From NCBI RefSeq assembly GCF_006345805.1, contig NC_043013.1:24676001-24740000 (forward strand): 64,000 nt of DNA. Direction: 5' to 3'. The translations under genes were made by a program, and so were the position numbers. Below the pieces are notes generated by a model. That model was not told the origin of the DNA, did no database searches, and saw only the letters and a list, made by a program, of their open reading frames with translations. The stretch comes from Octopus sinensis. Lineage: Eukaryota. Shown one piece after another: positions 61,291-64,000 of the stretch. The stretch's first letter is position 1. Each line of letters begins with the position of its first letter.

Positions 61291-61479
61291 TTGGGTACAC
61301 CATGGAATTTTTATCAACTTCTTTTCTGCATGTAAGGCTGTAACACTTTCCATAATCATTAGCAGGGTCTTTTCTATTCCATTCTTTCCTACTTACTAAG
61401 ACTTTAGTCATTACCAAGTTTACTTTGTGTCCTTTCATTTCCTGGTTTTGCTTCCATTACTGAAATTCTACAGATTTAT

Positions 61480-61800
61480 TTATAACAGGTTGTGATCATA
61501 CAGGAGTTTTTATGGGCATCTGATCTGAAATACCACTGGTATTTTCTAGGCCAATAATTACATAATATAGACATTTATTCTTAGCTATGTATTTTCCCTC
61601 TAATTGTCTCACTAAGAATATGGAACCACTTGTGCCTGTTCCTGACACAAAGCTGAACTGCATCTCATCTAAGCCACTCTTCTTCCTTAACAATTGTGAA
61701 TAACTTTTACTGTAACTTTAATAATTTGATCTAACAATTTGATGTCTCTGCAGTTGCCACCCATCTTTGCTCCTGTATACCAGTTATTGGTTATGACATC
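61480..61800 (-). mobile_element. RTE RT fragment
   Basis: EMQFSFVSGTGTSGSIFLVRQLEGKYIAKNK. Confidence 0.75.
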
Positions 61801-62804
61801 TTCCTCTATTATCTGAATGACAATCTCAGTTGCTAGCACATCTCTACTTCATCAAGATAGTTGCTGAGATGATTAAAATGTTTCTTATTCAGCTGCATTG
61901 CCTCTCTTTATATCCTTAATTTCAATTGCTACTCTATAGATATTAATTTTAATGGCTGCTCTCTCTGTTGCATCTGCTTGAAATAAACTCTTTCCTTTTT
62001 ATTTCCCATAATCAACAGCCTTTATAGAAACACTATGTCTAGATTATACCTCTAAATTATTATTTTAATCATTATTACATGTTTTCTCTATGCTTTACAA
62101 GCTTCTGTTCTCTGAATTGTGCACCACTTCCACCCATGTTTTCTTTAGTTTTACTCATGCACACATTCCTTCCATTTGGAGTGATTGATACTTCTTTATC
62201 TGTTATCCTCCATACACATCATATGTGTGTTATCAGCTCTGTCCTCTCTTACTCATTATATTTGATTCTGCTTATATCTAGTCTTTCTTAGCTCTTTTGT
62301 GTTACATCATTCAAAGCATGCCTAACATTTACACAAAGAGTACATCATTCTCATCTTGTTTCTTTCTGGCCTTCACTAGAAATAAATGAGGTGAGCATCC
62401 TCTACATTTAGTGCCCTATTCTTTATTAGCTGCAAGGAGAGAGAACCCCTTTCTCACAAGCAGAAATGATAATTCCTTTACCTCTTTATCTTTGATGCTA
62501 TTTTTTGGGAACACCATTCTCCATTCTTAATATATCACCATCTTATATATTGCTGTTTAAAAAAAAAAAAACATTTATGTTTATGTTTTATGTCATTTCT
62601 TTTTGTTGGTGTCTGAGGATCTCATGAAATTGATGGCTGCTCTGTCAATAGAGACGTTTTCCAAGACTTTTGATCTATTGTGGATGAACAAAAGTTAAAA
62701 TTATTTGGTCAGTCTTTCACACTAAACATTCCACTAGGCTTCTCCACAAATATTGCCTGAAGGAAATATGACCAAAGAAATTAGGAACCATTTTCTGTAG
62801 GAAT

Positions 62805-63000
62805 GAAAATAAAGAGAAGGGGATAAGTCGATTACATTGACCCCCAACATTCAACTGGTACTTATTTTATTGACCTCAAAAGGATGAACGACAAAGTTGG
62901 CCCTGGCAGCATTTGAACTCGGAACGTAAAGATGGAAGGAACAATGCTAAGCATTTTGTCCAGTGTGATAACATTCTGCCAATTCACTACCCTAACTGAG
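62805..63000 (-). mobile_element. SINE family B copy just upstream of the exon 21 acceptor
   Basis: gtcgattacattgacccc...aggatgaa...atttgaactcggaacgtaa shared with 3245-3400. Confidence 0.7.
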
Positions 63001-63028
63001 CTAAATATTATCATCTCATTCCTTTCAG

Positions 63029-63223
63029 CTTTTACAGTTAGTTCCATGGTTTCCTAGTCCTCATCTTCGAGATCACATATTCTACATTGTAAATAATGCT
63101 CAAAACAATCTTTTCACTGAGACTGAAGAGACAACTACCAAAACTGACTCGGATATGAAAAAACCTGCTACAAAAGCATTTCGTTATGGTTTTTATAGCA
63201 AATAGGAGTAGCTTCTGACACAG
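63029..63223 (+). CDS. SPG11: Probable spatacsin exon 21 (LLQLVPWFPSPHLRDHIFYI...); 3' end uncertain, in-frame TAGs at 63203 and 63209
   Basis: Acceptor cctttcAG| in phase 0; FPSPHLRDHI resembles human FSPVIQDHL; frame open to 63202; best donor is CAG|GTTAGT at 63223/63224. Confidence 0.6.
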
Positions 63224-64000
63224 GTTAGTCAATGCCTCTGTTTATTAACTTTATAAATGTAATCTCTATATGCCGAGTTGGGTAAATCTGTAAATTTTAA
63301 ACACCTGTATGAAATCTTGGCATTCATAGTTTGACTGTAGAGTAAGAAGTAATCTTCTGGTAAGCTAAGATTGCAACAGGATTTTAATTGAAGTCATTTG
63401 GGCACTCTGTTGCTATTTCACTTCATTTATGCTGTTAATTCCCTAAAGAAAAGCGTATGTATCATAATTCTTATAGCCTAAAAAATAGAAAAGTTTGATG
63501 GCTAATTATTTGTTGAGTGGAAATTCACATATATTTGAACTTGTTTTTCTAGTTATGTTCCTTAACTAAGCACAACATATTTTCTGCAGGACTAAACCAA
63601 CTTTAACCTATTATTTCAACTCTTCTCTAGTGCATGATTTACAATTAATATCACTAAATACATTTGATTTTACTGTTTTTATCTGATCACATTTTATGTG
63701 TTATTTTCTTTATAAAGATTTATTTGGTGTAAGCATTCTTTGTAATAAAACTGAAGAGAAATTATATCAATATTTGAAATGATACCAATATTTTAATACC
63801 CTGTGTAATGAAGATGACTATAATAGTACACTAAATGATGTGCCAGATTTGTCTCATTTTGCAAGGTCTTAAGCTTAAATCCTATTGGCATTAGTATTGT
63901 TCTTCAAACATCAGAAGATTTATCTGCAAAAAGTACCACCAATATATTAAGACCATTTCTACCATCTTGAGGGTTTATCTATAGACTAATACATTTTAAA

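Overview
Repeat-rich, AT-rich eukaryotic genomic DNA. The repeat families suggest an octopus or other coleoid cephalopod (inference). The window holds the 5' ~60% of a + strand spatacsin (SPG11) gene. Twenty coding exons between 9037 and 58141 join with consistent phases into about 1359 codons. A 21st exon at 63029 has two in-frame TAG codons just before its best donor. Intron 3 (16326-20396) has minor-spliceosome (U12) signals: a GTATCCTTTT donor and a TCCTTAAC branch site. An in-frame, staggered pair of U2-like sites lies around it. A CLEAR/M-box-like GTCATGTGAC sits just upstream of the ATG. Introns and the upstream region are filled with decayed elements: a Ty3/Gypsy retrotransposon, an RLE-type (R4/Dong-like) LINE, RTE and CR1 LINE pieces, tRNA-derived SINEs, a full-length DD37D (maT) Tc1/mariner element, Helitron and Penelope-like fragments, MITEs, foldbacks and microsatellites. 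Comparisons with human spatacsin are from memory; no alignment or database search was run.
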